NCBI GenBank assembly: GCA_905216105.1
Contig: CAJMSG010000001.1
Coordinates: forward strand, 1 to 44,362
Direction of reading: 5' to 3'
From: an uncultured bacterium
GTDB taxonomy: Bacteria; Actinomycetota; Coriobacteriia; Coriobacteriales; Coriobacteriaceae
DNA length: 44,362 nucleotides
Positions 8,732 through 19,332 of this stretch are shown here, in pieces. The position numbers and the translations under genes were made by a program. The notes under the pieces are model-generated. The model was not told the origin of the DNA, did no database searches, and was given only the letters and a program-made list of their open reading frames with translations. Position 1 is the first letter of the stretch. Each line of letters begins with the position of its first letter.

Positions 8732-10897
8732 CTATGCGTGGGCGCATTCCGCAACTTGCGAATCGAGCCATTCGATATCCTCGGCAAGATGCGCCACGCC
8801 CAGGTGGTGTCCACCCGGGCAGACCTCGTGCAGAAGGTTTTCGTCCTTGCCCAGCAGCGCGTAGGCGTCGCGAACGATATCGAGCTGCTCGTCTACGTTC
8901 GCAAGCCCGCGGGCGCCGTTGAGATGGTCTTTCTCGCAGCTCTGAACCAAGAGCGGCCGTGGCGCGACAAGCGATGCAATGTCGCCCATGTCGAGCAGAC
9001 GCCAGAGTCCAGGCGTGTAATTGCAGCTGCAATTGCCGTTGAGGTGCAGTAGCGAATCATCAACGCCGTACAGATAGCCCGAGACAAACGCCTTGCGCAC
9101 GCGCGGGTCGAGCGCGGACAGGTACAACGTCATGTAACCGCCGCCCGAAAAACCAAAGCAGCCCAGGTCGTCCATGGCAATGTCACCGCGTGTCTCCAAG
9201 TAATCAATCAAGCGCATGTTGTCCCAGGCGTTGAGACCCGCGACCGTAAGACCCAGCGGCTCGGCCATACGTGCTTGATTCAGACACGTACCGCGCAGGT
9301 AGCTGTTCTCGTCGTCGCCCTGACCCTTCCAGTCACGACGGTATCCCCAACCACGCGCATCGGGGCAGACGGTCACGTAACCCATGCGCGCCAAACGCAG
9401 ACCGTAGTCGTAATTGAACTTACGCACGGCATCGTCGACCGCCGGCACGCCCGCAACGCCGGCTATGCTTGCAGCACCCGCCCCCTGGTGACCATGCGGG
9501 CAGATATAGCAGCGCTTGAGTCCCCGCTCGTCAAGCTTGGGGCGGGACGGCTCCAACAGGTAAAACGGCATCCACACATCGTGCTCAACCTGCAGCACCG
9601 CATGAGTACGCACGATGCTGCCGGCAACCCGCACGCGATTGAGCTCACGAATCTCAATCGGGGCGCGGTCCATAAGCGAAAGACCCAAAATATCGTACAG
9701 ACGAGTCCTGGTCGCAGCCTGCCATGCCTCAAAGTCTGTGGGAGTCTTGCCCGTAAATGCGGCCGAGCGCCCCTCGCGCTTCAGTCGGGCGCGCAGCGCA
9801 GGTTCGTCCTCGTAGTACGTCTCGATGTGCACAGTGCGGCCATTGGCAGATAGCCCGGCCGTCTCTACCGCATCACCGTCGCCGCCCTCGGGATCCCAAC
9901 CATCCGTGCCGGCAAGCACTCGGTCACGCGCATAGCGTTCGGAATCCTGACCGGTCAGGCAATGCGCCCACGGCACCCAAGCGGCAGTATCACCCGCCGG
10001 GCCAAACAGGGCACCGCCGGCATACAGGGTGCCGTCATGTGCCGCTGGCTTATTCCAATCCCACCAACCCTCGAGTGGAATATGGGGGCCCAGCCAGCAT
10101 TCGAGCAAAACGGTCTGGGCCCACTCGCGCCATGGACGACCCAGATAGACCGATCCGGGGGCAATGCCCTCATCGGCTGTAAACGAACAGCCATGAAACA
10201 CAAATCCGTACGGCTCGCCCTGAGGCGTGGAGGCTGCCGTTACATACCCGTTGACATCCATATCGCGGTTGAGCGAGCGAATCTCACACCCCTCAAAGTA
10301 AGCACGCGCGCCGCCAAAGATAAAGTCGACATCGCCCTCGATCCGGCAACGTCGAAAATACTGCCGCCCCACGCGGCGCGGGGCGAACTGCTTGGGGCCT
10401 ATAAAGCCGCCCGGCTTGGCCTCGCGCGGCGGCAGCGGCCCCAAAAAGAGCGTGTCCTGGTGTCCCTTAATGCAGCAGGCATCGACAACCAGGCGGTCAC
10501 CATCGGCATACAGGGCAATCGCCTGGCCGACCTCGCGCCCATCACCGGCGTTGTTTTCGATTGTTAGACCCGCAAGCGTCACGTCGTCGGCATCGACCAG
10601 CACCGTGTACGTACGGAAGGTGCCGAGTCTTCCATCCTGGCCGCTACCATCTTCCGAAGGCATCTTGGCACCCAGGCCTCCCACGATACGCACGCTGTCG
10701 GCCGTCTCGCCCTCGAGCGTCACATGCGGACGACGAATTTCGACCCGTTCGCGGTACTCACCCGGCGCCACCAGCACGCGCACCGGCACGGTCGCATCGG
10801 GCACACACCGCTCCGCCGCCTCGAGCGCCGCCGAAATGCTGCGATACGCGCCTTCGCGTTCGAGCGATACCTCAAAGAGCTGTTCTTTACCACTCAT
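8732..10897 (-). CDS. Pectin methylesterase (CE8) fused to a C-terminal alpha/beta hydrolase
   Basis: GEYRE, QAIAL, QDTL, DFIFG and LGRPW CE8 motifs; C-terminal PHGH, GFSGGG nucleophile elbow and GGHH. Confidence 0.88.
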   Translation of the reverse strand: MSGKEQLFEVSLEREGAYRSISAALEAAERCVPDATVPVRVLVAPGEYRERVEIRRPHVTLEGETADSVRIVGGLGAKMPSEDGSGQDGRLGTFRTYTVLVDADDVTLAGLTIENNAGDGREVGQAIALYADGDRLVVDACCIKGHQDTLFLGPLPPREAKPGGFIGPKQFAPRRVGRQYFRRCRIEGDVDFIFGGARAYFEGCEIRSLNRDMDVNGYVTAASTPQGEPYGFVFHGCSFTADEGIAPGSVYLGRPWREWAQTVLLECWLGPHIPLEGWWDWNKPAAHDGTLYAGGALFGPAGDTAAWVPWAHCLTGQDSERYARDRVLAGTDGWDPEGGDGDAVETAGLSANGRTVHIETYYEDEPALRARLKREGRSAAFTGKTPTDFEAWQAATRTRLYDILGLSLMDRAPIEIRELNRVRVAGSIVRTHAVLQVEHDVWMPFYLLEPSRPKLDERGLKRCYICPHGHQGAGAASIAGVAGVPAVDDAVRKFNYDYGLRLARMGYVTVCPDARGWGYRRDWKGQGDDENSYLRGTCLNQARMAEPLGLTVAGLNAWDNMRLIDYLETRGDIAMDDLGCFGFSGGGYMTLYLSALDPRVRKAFVSGYLYGVDDSLLHLNGNCSCNYTPGLWRLLDMGDIASLVAPRPLLVQSCEKDHLNGARGLANVDEQLDIVRDAYALLGKDENLLHEVCPGGHHLGVAHLAEDIEWLDSQVAECAHA

Positions 10898-11028
10898 CTG
10901 TCATTACGCTTTCTGTCACAGAACACCCACCGTGCAATACCGGCACCTATAGATTGCGTGCGACAGCCGGGCAGACCCGACCGTCGCACGCCTCAACATG
11001 CCGTATTCACTTGTGCAGGAGCACTACC

Positions 11029-12624
11029 CTACGCGCGGATAACCTTGTCGACGTTTTGCAGCTGCAGCTCGTCGCCATCCTGACCCTCGATGCGCACGTT
11101 CTGCAGGTCGAGGACTTTCACGTTCTGCGCGATGATGCCCTGGCGCACCATGGGCTCCACGCCGCAGGCCATGGCCGGCACAAAGGGCTCGGCATCGGCG
11201 GCAAAGGTCACATGGACATCCTGGAACGTCAGGCGCGTCACCTTGCTCTCGGGAAGGCCCGTGATATAGGCCGCGGCCGCATGGCAGTTGGTGGCCTCGA
11301 TATCGCAAAACGTCGTGGCGCCAAAGCCGGGCGTACGGTCGTCGACGGGCAGCGCCTCGCGAGACTGCACGTAGTCGGTCTTGCCGTCCTTGTCGCAGAA
11401 GTAGAACGAGTTGACCACGAAGGGCGTGAGCACCTTATCCATGCGAATGTGCTCGAAGGTGATGCCCTCGTTGACGGCGTCCTTGCCGCGTCCGCGGCGT
11501 GTCTTGACGCGCAGGCCGCGGTCGGTGCGCTCAAAGAGGCACTTGCTCACGGTGAGGTCCTTGATGCCGCCGGCGGCCTCGGATCCCAGCACCACGGCGC
11601 CGTGGCCGTCGTGCATGTAGCAGTGCGAGATCAGCACGTCGTGCGTGGCGGGACGGAGCTCGGGTTCAATGCCCAGTTTGCCGCTCTTGATGGCGATGCA
11701 GTCGTCCCCCACCGAGAACTGACAGCCAAGGATGCGGACAAAACCGCAGCTCTCGGGATCGAAACCGTCGGTGTTGTGGGAGTTCTTGGGACCCTCGATG
11801 GACAGGCACAGGGCATCGACGTGCTCGCACAGAATGGGATGGATATTCCACGCCGGGCTGTTGCGCACGGTAAAGCCGGCAAGACTCACGTTTTCGCACT
11901 CGGACAGGAAGATCATGCGCGGGCGGGCGACCTCGCGGCCCTCCTCGGGACGGAAGATGTTCTTAAAGTCCTTGTTCCACCAGTTGTCCTCGGCAAAATC
12001 GGTCTGGCCGTCGATGGCGCCGCGGCCATAGATGCACACGTCGTGCACGCTCAGGCCCGTAAAGGTCGAACAGTAGGTCGAAAAGCTCTCGCCTTCCCAG
12101 CGGCCCAGGGGCAGCATGTCGGTGCCGGCATACCCGGCGCCCTCGTCGCCCGTGACCGTGCCCGGAATGTAGGCAAGCGCCGCGCGGTCGTGACGGGCCA
12201 GCAGCACCGCGCCCTCGGCAAGCTCGATGTTGATATTGCTCTTAAGGAAGAGGGACTTGATGCGGTAGTTGCCGGCGGGGATCAGCACGCGCCCGCCCTT
12301 GGGGCAGGCCATGATGGCAGCCTGAATGTTGGTGGTGTCATCGTGCTCGGCATCGCCCTTGGCTCCGCAGTCGCGAACGTTGATGGTAAAGGGCTCCGCC
12401 GGCGTGGTGACGCCTACGCTCAACTCGCGCTCGCCGCAGACAAAGCGGATCAGGTTGCGCTTGCCGGGGGTCAGGCCATCGACATAGGTCTCGACCGTAT
12501 TCGTGGTACCGGCGGGCTCATCGTTGACAAAGATCTCCCACGTATCGGCACAGGTAAAGTAGCCGCCATCGTCGAGCTCGATAACGGCCGCGCGGGCATT
12601 GCGCCAGATAACGTTCGTCTCCAT
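11029..12624 (-). CDS. GH28 polygalacturonase (probably exo-acting) with an ~80-aa N-terminal accessory domain
   Basis: NTDG, GDD, GHG and RVK catalytic motifs; ATG at 12624 with GAGGGAG RBS; no signal peptide seen. Confidence 0.92.
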   Translation of the reverse strand: METNVIWRNARAAVIELDDGGYFTCADTWEIFVNDEPAGTTNTVETYVDGLTPGKRNLIRFVCGERELSVGVTTPAEPFTINVRDCGAKGDAEHDDTTNIQAAIMACPKGGRVLIPAGNYRIKSLFLKSNINIELAEGAVLLARHDRAALAYIPGTVTGDEGAGYAGTDMLPLGRWEGESFSTYCSTFTGLSVHDVCIYGRGAIDGQTDFAEDNWWNKDFKNIFRPEEGREVARPRMIFLSECENVSLAGFTVRNSPAWNIHPILCEHVDALCLSIEGPKNSHNTDGFDPESCGFVRILGCQFSVGDDCIAIKSGKLGIEPELRPATHDVLISHCYMHDGHGAVVLGSEAAGGIKDLTVSKCLFERTDRGLRVKTRRGRGKDAVNEGITFEHIRMDKVLTPFVVNSFYFCDKDGKTDYVQSREALPVDDRTPGFGATTFCDIEATNCHAAAAYITGLPESKVTRLTFQDVHVTFAADAEPFVPAMACGVEPMVRQGIIAQNVKVLDLQNVRIEGQDGDELQLQNVDKVIRA

Positions 12625-12670
12625 GGGTCTCTCCCTCAAATGTAATCAGAAGTTCATACTACTCGTTTTT

Positions 12671-12715
12671 AAAAAAGGGCCGTACCCGCCGGTGGATCTC
12701 CGGTGGCACGGCCCT
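12671..12715 (-). terminator. Intrinsic terminator or attenuator after the MFS transporter
   Basis: AGGGCCGT...ACGGCCCT stem with an adjacent A6 run (U-tract on minus strand). Confidence 0.55.
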
Positions 12716-12738
12716 GTGGTTTGGACGATGCGCCTGCC

Positions 12739-14298
12739 CTACTCGGCGGGAATTACGCTGCCGTCCTGGAAGCCAACATTGTTGTGGGCGAAGCAGTCCT
12801 CGTACTTAAAGCCGGAGAGCTCCTCGCAAAGCGCCTTGACCTCGGGCTTGACGTCGGCCATCTTGCCACCCTCCTTGACACGGTGGATCTCGTCGCAAAG
12901 GATGTCGCACTGCTCCTTGTCAATCTTGATGCCGCGGGCAAGGACGGCCGCGAGCAGGAAGAAGCCGGCGCAGCCGATGAGCATGTAGCCGCAGATGTAC
13001 AGAGGCACGGTGGCGGGCTGGGTCACGGCGTCGCTGTTGCCGGCGGTCTGAATGAAGCCGGAGGCAGCAAGGACGATAGCCCATACGTTGACGGCAACAG
13101 CCTGGGCGATCTGCTGGCAGAGCTGCTGTGCGGAGCTGTAGATGCCCTCGCGACGACGCAGGGTGATGAGCTCATCGACATCGGGGATGTAGTTGAGCAG
13201 AACATCGGGCAGATACTGGAAGCCAACGTAGAAGAACTTCCAGATGGCGAAGATGATGGGGTAGGCGATCATGGCGATGGCGACCGTGGAGGTGCCGTTG
13301 ATCTGACCAAAGGCGAAGTAGTTGTAGGCGATGATGCACGCGGCGCAACCGACGTTTGCCAGGTACCAAGACTTGTGGAAGCCCTTCTTGGCCATGAGGG
13401 CGACCCAGATGGCGGTGCAGACGATAGCGACGACCTTGCCGGGCATCTCCATCACGGACTCGTAGGACTTAGGAATCTGCAGACAGTAGACGATGAAGAA
13501 GGACAGGCACGCAGACCAGCAGGCAGCAGCGAGCTTCGTGGAGACCTGTGCATACAGGACCTTGCGGAAGGACTTGTTGCGGAAGGTAGAGATAACGTCG
13601 ATGAAAAACTTCTTGATACCCTCGCCGACGCTCTCGATCTTCTCCTGAGCGACCTCCTCGGGGGTGTGCTCCCACGTGGACAGGTACACGCACAGCAGCG
13701 AGATTGCCATGACCGAAGCGTTGATCGTAGCGATGATGAAGTAGCTGAACGGGTTGGTCTCACCGAAGGTGCCAAAGCCAAAGCCGACGAGTGCTGCCAT
13801 CAGGAAGCCGGCGGCGTTACCAAAGAGGTGCTTGTAGCCGGTGAGGTACGTACGCTCCTTGAAGTCATCGGTCATCTCGATGGTAAGCGGCGACAGGTTG
13901 GCGGTGCAGAACGTATACGCGACGTTGTAGATCAGGTACAGCACAAAGTAGTACGGGAAACCGAACGGCGTAGCCACAAAGATGAGCGGCTCGGCGACCA
14001 TCATCGGGATAGCCAGCAAAATCCAGAAACGGCGACGACCAAAGATGCGGCCAATCTTGGTGGCATAGAAGTTATCGGCCACAAAGCCCATGAGCGGGCA
14101 CAGAATGGCGTTGAGATAGATGGCGAACGAGCTGATCAGCGCAGCCTCGCCTGCGGACAGGCCGCACTCCGTGGACAGGAACAGCACCATGTAGCTGTGC
14201 GTAAAGCTCAGGGCGCCGGAGTTGAGCATACCGCCCATACCAAAGCCCAAGCGCGTCCAGAATGTGATCTTGCGCTTTTTTCCGATCTTATTAGTCAT
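12739..14298 (-). CDS. GPH/MFS sugar:cation symporter, TogT-like oligogalacturonide transporter
   Basis: About 12 hydrophobic segments; FGRRRFW, EMTDDFKERT and YIPDVDELIT.RRREGIY motifs; pectin context. Confidence 0.85.
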   Translation of the reverse strand: MTNKIGKKRKITFWTRLGFGMGGMLNSGALSFTHSYMVLFLSTECGLSAGEAALISSFAIYLNAILCPLMGFVADNFYATKIGRIFGRRRFWILLAIPMMVAEPLIFVATPFGFPYYFVLYLIYNVAYTFCTANLSPLTIEMTDDFKERTYLTGYKHLFGNAAGFLMAALVGFGFGTFGETNPFSYFIIATINASVMAISLLCVYLSTWEHTPEEVAQEKIESVGEGIKKFFIDVISTFRNKSFRKVLYAQVSTKLAAACWSACLSFFIVYCLQIPKSYESVMEMPGKVVAIVCTAIWVALMAKKGFHKSWYLANVGCAACIIAYNYFAFGQINGTSTVAIAMIAYPIIFAIWKFFYVGFQYLPDVLLNYIPDVDELITLRRREGIYSSAQQLCQQIAQAVAVNVWAIVLAASGFIQTAGNSDAVTQPATVPLYICGYMLIGCAGFFLLAAVLARGIKIDKEQCDILCDEIHRVKEGGKMADVKPEVKALCEELSGFKYEDCFAHNNVGFQDGSVIPAE

Positions 14299-14382
14299 CG
14301 AGCTCCCTCTCTTTTCTCGATTGTCTTGTAACAAGACATTGGAGTCCATACCGACGTCTGTCTGCATGTCGTCACTCGCAGG

Positions 14383-14554
14383 GTGAACGTTTAGCTTGAT
14401 TATGCGCGATTGCTTATGATAGGTGAACGTTCACTTGTATATTATCCTTGAACGGTCGTTTTTTGCCGTTGAACGGACATCTGACTTGAAAAAAATCCCG
14501 ATTACATGGGTATTGAGTGGGTTTAAATATGAGGTCGATTAGGTGAACGTTTAT
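14383..14554. promoter_or_regulatory. Three operator copies upstream of the transporter (14383-14394, 14423-14434 perfect, 14543-14554), with a candidate TTCACC-N17-CATAAT promoter on the minus strand
   Basis: Read directly from the sequence; the perfect operator overlaps the putative -35. Confidence 0.72.
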
Positions 14555-14676
14555 TGTTTTCGCCGCTCCCGTACCCTCAGGAAGACACGCCCGAACAGAC
14601 AGAACAAACATGGCCCCGCCGGGAACACTCCCGACGCGGCCATGGTCAATAGCGCCCTATGCGAACCCATTTACCG

Positions 14677-16161
14677 CTACAGGCAGACGCCATCCTTCCA
14701 AATGCTGATCTCGTGGCAGCCGCGACGCTCGGCACTCGTAAGCTTGCCGCTCGCCGTGTCCAGCACCATCTGATACAGGTCGCCGGCAGCCTCATCGAGC
14801 GTGCGCTCGCCCGTAGCCACCACGCCGGCGTTAAAGTCCATCCAGTTGGCCTTGTGGTCGCACAGACGCTGGTTGGTGAACACCTTGAGCGTGGGCGCCG
14901 GTGCACCAAACGGCGTGCCGCGGCCGGTCGAGAACAGGATCACATGACAGCCGGCAGCCGTCAGGGCCGTGGTGGATACCATATCGTTGCCCGGACCGCA
15001 CAGCATGTTCAGGCCATGCTTGGTAGCCTGACCGGCATACGGCAGCACGTCGACGATGGGGGCAGATCCGCCCTTTTGCACACAGCCGCAGCTCTTGTCC
15101 TCGAGCGTGGTGATGCCGCCATCCTTGTTGCCGGGGCTCGGGTTCTCATAGACGACCTCGCCGTGGCTGATAAAGTAGTCTTTAAAGCCGTTGAGCATGT
15201 CGGCCGCCGCGTTAAAGACGTCCTGGCTCTCGCAACGATCGAGCAGAATGCTCTCCGCGCCAAACATCTCGGGCACCTCGGTGAGCACCGACGTGCCGCC
15301 GCGGGCGACAACCATATCGCTCACGCGACCGATCGTGGGGTTGGCGGTAATGCCCGAAAGACCGTCAGAGCCACCGCACTTAAGGCCAATGACCAGCTCA
15401 GAGGCCGGAATGGGCTCACGCTTGGCCTGCTTGGCCAGGTCAGCCAACTCGGACAGAATCTTGTGGCCCTCGACCTGCTCGTCGGCAACATCCTGGCAGG
15501 TAAGGAAGCGGACGCGCTCGTGATCGAAGTCACCGAGCTCGTCGAGTACCTGCTGGTGCGTGCAGTTTTCGCAACCGAGGGACAGGAACAGCACACCCGC
15601 AGCGTTTGCGTGACGCGAGAGCGCCACCAGCAGACGACGCGTCTGGGCATGGTCGGCGCCGGTCTGCGAGCAGCCAAAGGGATGCGGGAAGTAGTAAACG
15701 CCCTCCAGCGAGCCCTCGACCAGATCCTGAGCCTGCTCGCACATGGCACGTGCGACCTCGTTGACGCAGCCGACCGTGGGGATGATCCACAGCTCGTTGC
15801 GCGTGGCGGCGCGGCCGTCGGCGCGACGGAAGCCCATAAAGGTCTCGGGCTCAACCGGCTCAACGACCGGATGCGTCGGGTTGTAAACGTAGTCGACCTC
15901 GCCCGAAAGGTTGGTCTTGACGTTATGCGTATGAAGCCACTGACCGGGCTGGATGTCGCCCGTCACGTGGCCGATAGGAAGACCGTACTTGACGACATCC
16001 TCCCCCGCCGCAATGGCACGCACGGCCATCTTGTGGCCCTGCGGAATATCCTCCGCGGCAACGACCTCGCCCACCCCGGGAACCGCGACGGCGGCGCCCT
16101 TGGCAAGCGGCGACAACGCAACGATGACGTTGTCGGCCGGATTGATCTGGATAGTATTCAT
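14677..16161 (-). CDS. uxaA: Altronate dehydratase
   Basis: SAF domain (DNV..IPQGHK), PTVGCVN, HPFGCSQ, LKCGGSDG.SG.TANP, NPSPGNK.GG, final GVCL. Confidence 0.95.
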   Translation of the reverse strand: MNTIQINPADNVIVALSPLAKGAAVAVPGVGEVVAAEDIPQGHKMAVRAIAAGEDVVKYGLPIGHVTGDIQPGQWLHTHNVKTNLSGEVDYVYNPTHPVVEPVEPETFMGFRRADGRAATRNELWIIPTVGCVNEVARAMCEQAQDLVEGSLEGVYYFPHPFGCSQTGADHAQTRRLLVALSRHANAAGVLFLSLGCENCTHQQVLDELGDFDHERVRFLTCQDVADEQVEGHKILSELADLAKQAKREPIPASELVIGLKCGGSDGLSGITANPTIGRVSDMVVARGGTSVLTEVPEMFGAESILLDRCESQDVFNAAADMLNGFKDYFISHGEVVYENPSPGNKDGGITTLEDKSCGCVQKGGSAPIVDVLPYAGQATKHGLNMLCGPGNDMVSTTALTAAGCHVILFSTGRGTPFGAPAPTLKVFTNQRLCDHKANWMDFNAGVVATGERTLDEAAGDLYQMVLDTASGKLTSAERRGCHEISIWKDGVCL

Positions 16162-16239
16162 TACAAAGAGTCCTAACCCTACAGGTTGAGCAGAAGTCAG
16201 CGGGCGCCCGCCAGTTGCCCGGCAGGCGCACAGAAGGAT

Positions 16240-17754
16240 TTAGGCCTGGGCGTTGGCGAAGGCCTGCTTGGCGCCCTCGACGCGCACGACGGCAAGCGCG
16301 TTGACGACAAACTCCTCAAGGCCGGCGATCTGCGTAAGGTCCTCGCCCCACATTTGCTCATTGGTGAGCACGTCGTGCACCAGCTCAGCATCGTCTGCAC
16401 CGGCGTGGGCGGCGTAGAAATCGAGCACGAAGGCATCGTCCTGAGCGGTGTACTCGGTGCCGTCGGCGCGTCGCAGGTGCAGGCCATCGCCCTCACGAGC
16501 AACGAGCTCCTGAGTATAGAAGGCAATGAGCGTAGCGAGGCTCGTCGCCAGGCACTTGGGCAGGTTGCCGGTCTCGGCAACATAGTCCTTGAGCGTAGGC
16601 AGGTCGCGGGCACGCCACTTGGCAGTAGAGTTGAGGCAAATGGAGAGCAGCGCGTGGTCGATAAACGGGTTGTCGAAGCGGTTCTCGACGGCGGCGGCAA
16701 AGGCCTTGCAGTCCTCGACGTCCAGGTCGGCGGCAAGCGTCGGGATGACCTCGTCGTAGAGCATGGTGTTCATGAAGCCGCGAACGGTCTCGTCATGCAT
16801 GCAATCGCGCACGATGTCAAAGCCGGCAACCCAGGAGCCCGGAACAAAGGCAGTGTGGGCGCCGTTGAGGATGCGGACCTTGCGCTTCTTGTACGGGGTG
16901 ACATCGGGGGTCACAAAGACACCCGGCAGGCCGGCCTTCACGAAGGGCAGACGCTCCTTGAGCGACTCATCGCCCTGGATACCCCACATCTGGAAGGGCT
17001 CGCGCACGGCCAGGAAGGGATCCTCGTAGCCCAGGCGCTCGGCCACGGCAGCGGCCTCCTTGGGGTCGCGGATGCGGCCGGGGACGATAGTGTCGACGAG
17101 CGTGGTGCAGACGGTGCAGTCGTTGGCCATCCACTGCGCAAACTCGTCCTCCCAGCCCCAGTCGCTCACGTACTGGTTCATGATGCGCAGCAGCTCCTCG
17201 CCGTTGTGATCGATGAGTTCGCAGGCGAGCACGATGACGCCCGGCTTGCCGGCGGCCCAGCGGGTGTGGAGCACCTGGGCAAGCTTAGCGGGGAAGCTCG
17301 CGGGCGGCATGTCGTCGGCCTTGCAGGACGGATCGTAGGCAATGCCAGCCTCGGTGGTGTTGGAGACGATAATCTCCAAATCGTCGGAGACTGCGACCTC
17401 CATCATGGCGCGGTAGTCGTCCTCACGATACGGATTGAGGCAGCGGCTGCAGGCGCTGATCACGCGGGACTCGTCGACCGTGTTGCCGTTCTCCTTGCCG
17501 CGCACCAGCACGGTGTACAGGTCATCCTGGGCATTGATGCCATCGGCAAAGCCAAAGGCGCCACTGATGGGCTGTACCATGACAACCTTGCCGTTCCAGC
17601 CGGTTGCCTCGTTGCCCATGTCAAAGAAGCGGTCGACGAAGGCGCGCAGGAAATTGCCCTCGCCAAACTGCAGAACCTTCTCGGGCGCGTCCTTGGGCAG
17701 CAGGTAGCCCTTGTAGCCAATCTTCTCGAGCGTCTCGTAGCTGATGTTCTCCAT
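16240..17754 (-). CDS. uxaB: Tagaturonate reductase (altronate oxidoreductase)
   Basis: QFGEGNFLRAF, SNTTEAGI, SFPAKL, RKVRILNGAHT and RFDNPFIDH. Confidence 0.95.
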   Translation of the reverse strand: MENISYETLEKIGYKGYLLPKDAPEKVLQFGEGNFLRAFVDRFFDMGNEATGWNGKVVMVQPISGAFGFADGINAQDDLYTVLVRGKENGNTVDESRVISACSRCLNPYREDDYRAMMEVAVSDDLEIIVSNTTEAGIAYDPSCKADDMPPASFPAKLAQVLHTRWAAGKPGVIVLACELIDHNGEELLRIMNQYVSDWGWEDEFAQWMANDCTVCTTLVDTIVPGRIRDPKEAAAVAERLGYEDPFLAVREPFQMWGIQGDESLKERLPFVKAGLPGVFVTPDVTPYKKRKVRILNGAHTAFVPGSWVAGFDIVRDCMHDETVRGFMNTMLYDEVIPTLAADLDVEDCKAFAAAVENRFDNPFIDHALLSICLNSTAKWRARDLPTLKDYVAETGNLPKCLATSLATLIAFYTQELVAREGDGLHLRRADGTEYTAQDDAFVLDFYAAHAGADDAELVHDVLTNEQMWGEDLTQIAGLEEFVVNALAVVRVEGAKQAFANAQA

Positions 17755-17850
17755 CGATGTCTCTCCTTAGATTGCTGTTAGCGTGCAGGCAAAACGGGGG
17801 CGCCGCGTGTGGCAACGGCGCTCCCGAGTTCGGTGTGGTTCGATGCGGGT

Positions 17851-19278
17851 TTAGGCCTCGACGGTATCCAGGTCAAAGCCAAAGTAGCGGACCGCGTTGT
17901 TGTAGCTAATGTCGCGCACGATGGCTCCCAGCAGCTCCATGTCGGCCGGATACTTGCCCTGCTCGACCCACTCGCCGATCACGCCGCACAGCACGCGACG
18001 GAAGTACTCGTGACGCGGGTAGGACAGGAAGGAGCGGGAATCGGTAAGCATGCCCACAAAGTTGCCCAGCACGCCCTCGTTAGCCAGAGCCGTGAGCTGC
18101 TCGCGCATACCAACCTCGTTGTCGTTGAACCACCAGGCAGAGCCGTTCTGGATCTTGCCGGCGGTCGGAGCCTCCTGGAAGCAGCCCATCACGGTATCGA
18201 TCATGGTGTTGTCGATGGGGTTCAGGCTGTACAGGATGGTCTTGGGCAGACCCGTGGACTCCTGGATGGAGTTGAGGAAATCGGCCAGCTGGTCGGACGG
18301 CGTGTAGTTGGAGATGCAGTCGTAGCCGGTGTCGGGACCGAGCTTGGCGAACATAGCGCGGTTGTTGTCACGCTTGCAGCCAAAGTGCAGCTGCATGGCC
18401 CAGCCAAGGCGGACATACTCGCCGGCGACGAACTGCATAAAGGCCGTCTTGTACTTGAGGACCTCGTCCTCGGCAAGCGGCTCGGCGGCAAGGCCCTTGG
18501 CAAAGATAGTCTCGATCTCGTCGGCGGTAGCCGGAACGTACATAACGTAGTCGAGCGCGTGGTCGGAAGCGCGGCAGCCCAGCTCGTGGGCAACGTCGTA
18601 GCGCTTGGAGATGGCAGCCTTCATGCCCTCGAAGTCGCTGATCTCAACGCCAGCAACCTCGGAGAGATGCTTGCAGTAGTCGGCGAACTCCTGGCCACGC
18701 TCGATGCGCAGGGCGGCATCGGGGCGCATGGCGGGAACGACCTGAACGTCAAAACTGTCGTCGGCGGCAATCTTCTTGTGCCACTCAAAGCTGTCGGCGG
18801 GGTCGTCGGTAGTGCAGATCATGCGGACGTTGGACTGCTTGATCAGGTTGCGGCAGGTAAAGCTGGCCTCAGCGAGCTTGGCGTTGGCAAGGTCCCAGAC
18901 CTCCTGAGCGGTCTTGCCGTTCAGGACGCCCTCGTAGCCAAAGTAACGCTTAAGCTCCAGGTGGCTCCACTCAAAGACGGGGTTGCCCACGCAACGGCCC
19001 AGGGTCTCGGCCCACTTCTGGAACTTCTCGCGAGCAGGGGCATCGCCGGTAATGAAGCGCTCGTCAACGCCGTTGGCACGCATCAGGCGCCACTTGTAGT
19101 GGTCACCGCCCAGCCAAACCTCGGTGATGTTCTCAAAACGTTTGTCGTCCCAGATCTCCTTGGGAGAAATGTGGCAGTGGTAGTCAACGATGGGCATACC
19201 CTCGGCAAAGTTGTGGAACAGCTCCTCGCCGGTTTTGGTGCTCAGCAGGAAATCCTGATCGTCCATGAAGTTTTTCAT
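17851..19278 (-). CDS. uxaC: Uronate (glucuronate/galacturonate) isomerase
   Basis: DYHCH, WLGGDHYKWR, TTDDP, AWWFND and GMLTDSRSFLSYPRHEYFRR; ATG at 19278. Confidence 0.97.
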   Translation of the reverse strand: MKNFMDDQDFLLSTKTGEELFHNFAEGMPIVDYHCHISPKEIWDDKRFENITEVWLGGDHYKWRLMRANGVDERFITGDAPAREKFQKWAETLGRCVGNPVFEWSHLELKRYFGYEGVLNGKTAQEVWDLANAKLAEASFTCRNLIKQSNVRMICTTDDPADSFEWHKKIAADDSFDVQVVPAMRPDAALRIERGQEFADYCKHLSEVAGVEISDFEGMKAAISKRYDVAHELGCRASDHALDYVMYVPATADEIETIFAKGLAAEPLAEDEVLKYKTAFMQFVAGEYVRLGWAMQLHFGCKRDNNRAMFAKLGPDTGYDCISNYTPSDQLADFLNSIQESTGLPKTILYSLNPIDNTMIDTVMGCFQEAPTAGKIQNGSAWWFNDNEVGMREQLTALANEGVLGNFVGMLTDSRSFLSYPRHEYFRRVLCGVIGEWVEQGKYPADMELLGAIVRDISYNNAVRYFGFDLDTVEA

Positions 19279-19332
19279 CAAACAACCCCTTTGTTGGCGG
19301 AGCGGGCGCACGATGCGCTCGTTATCCTCTAG

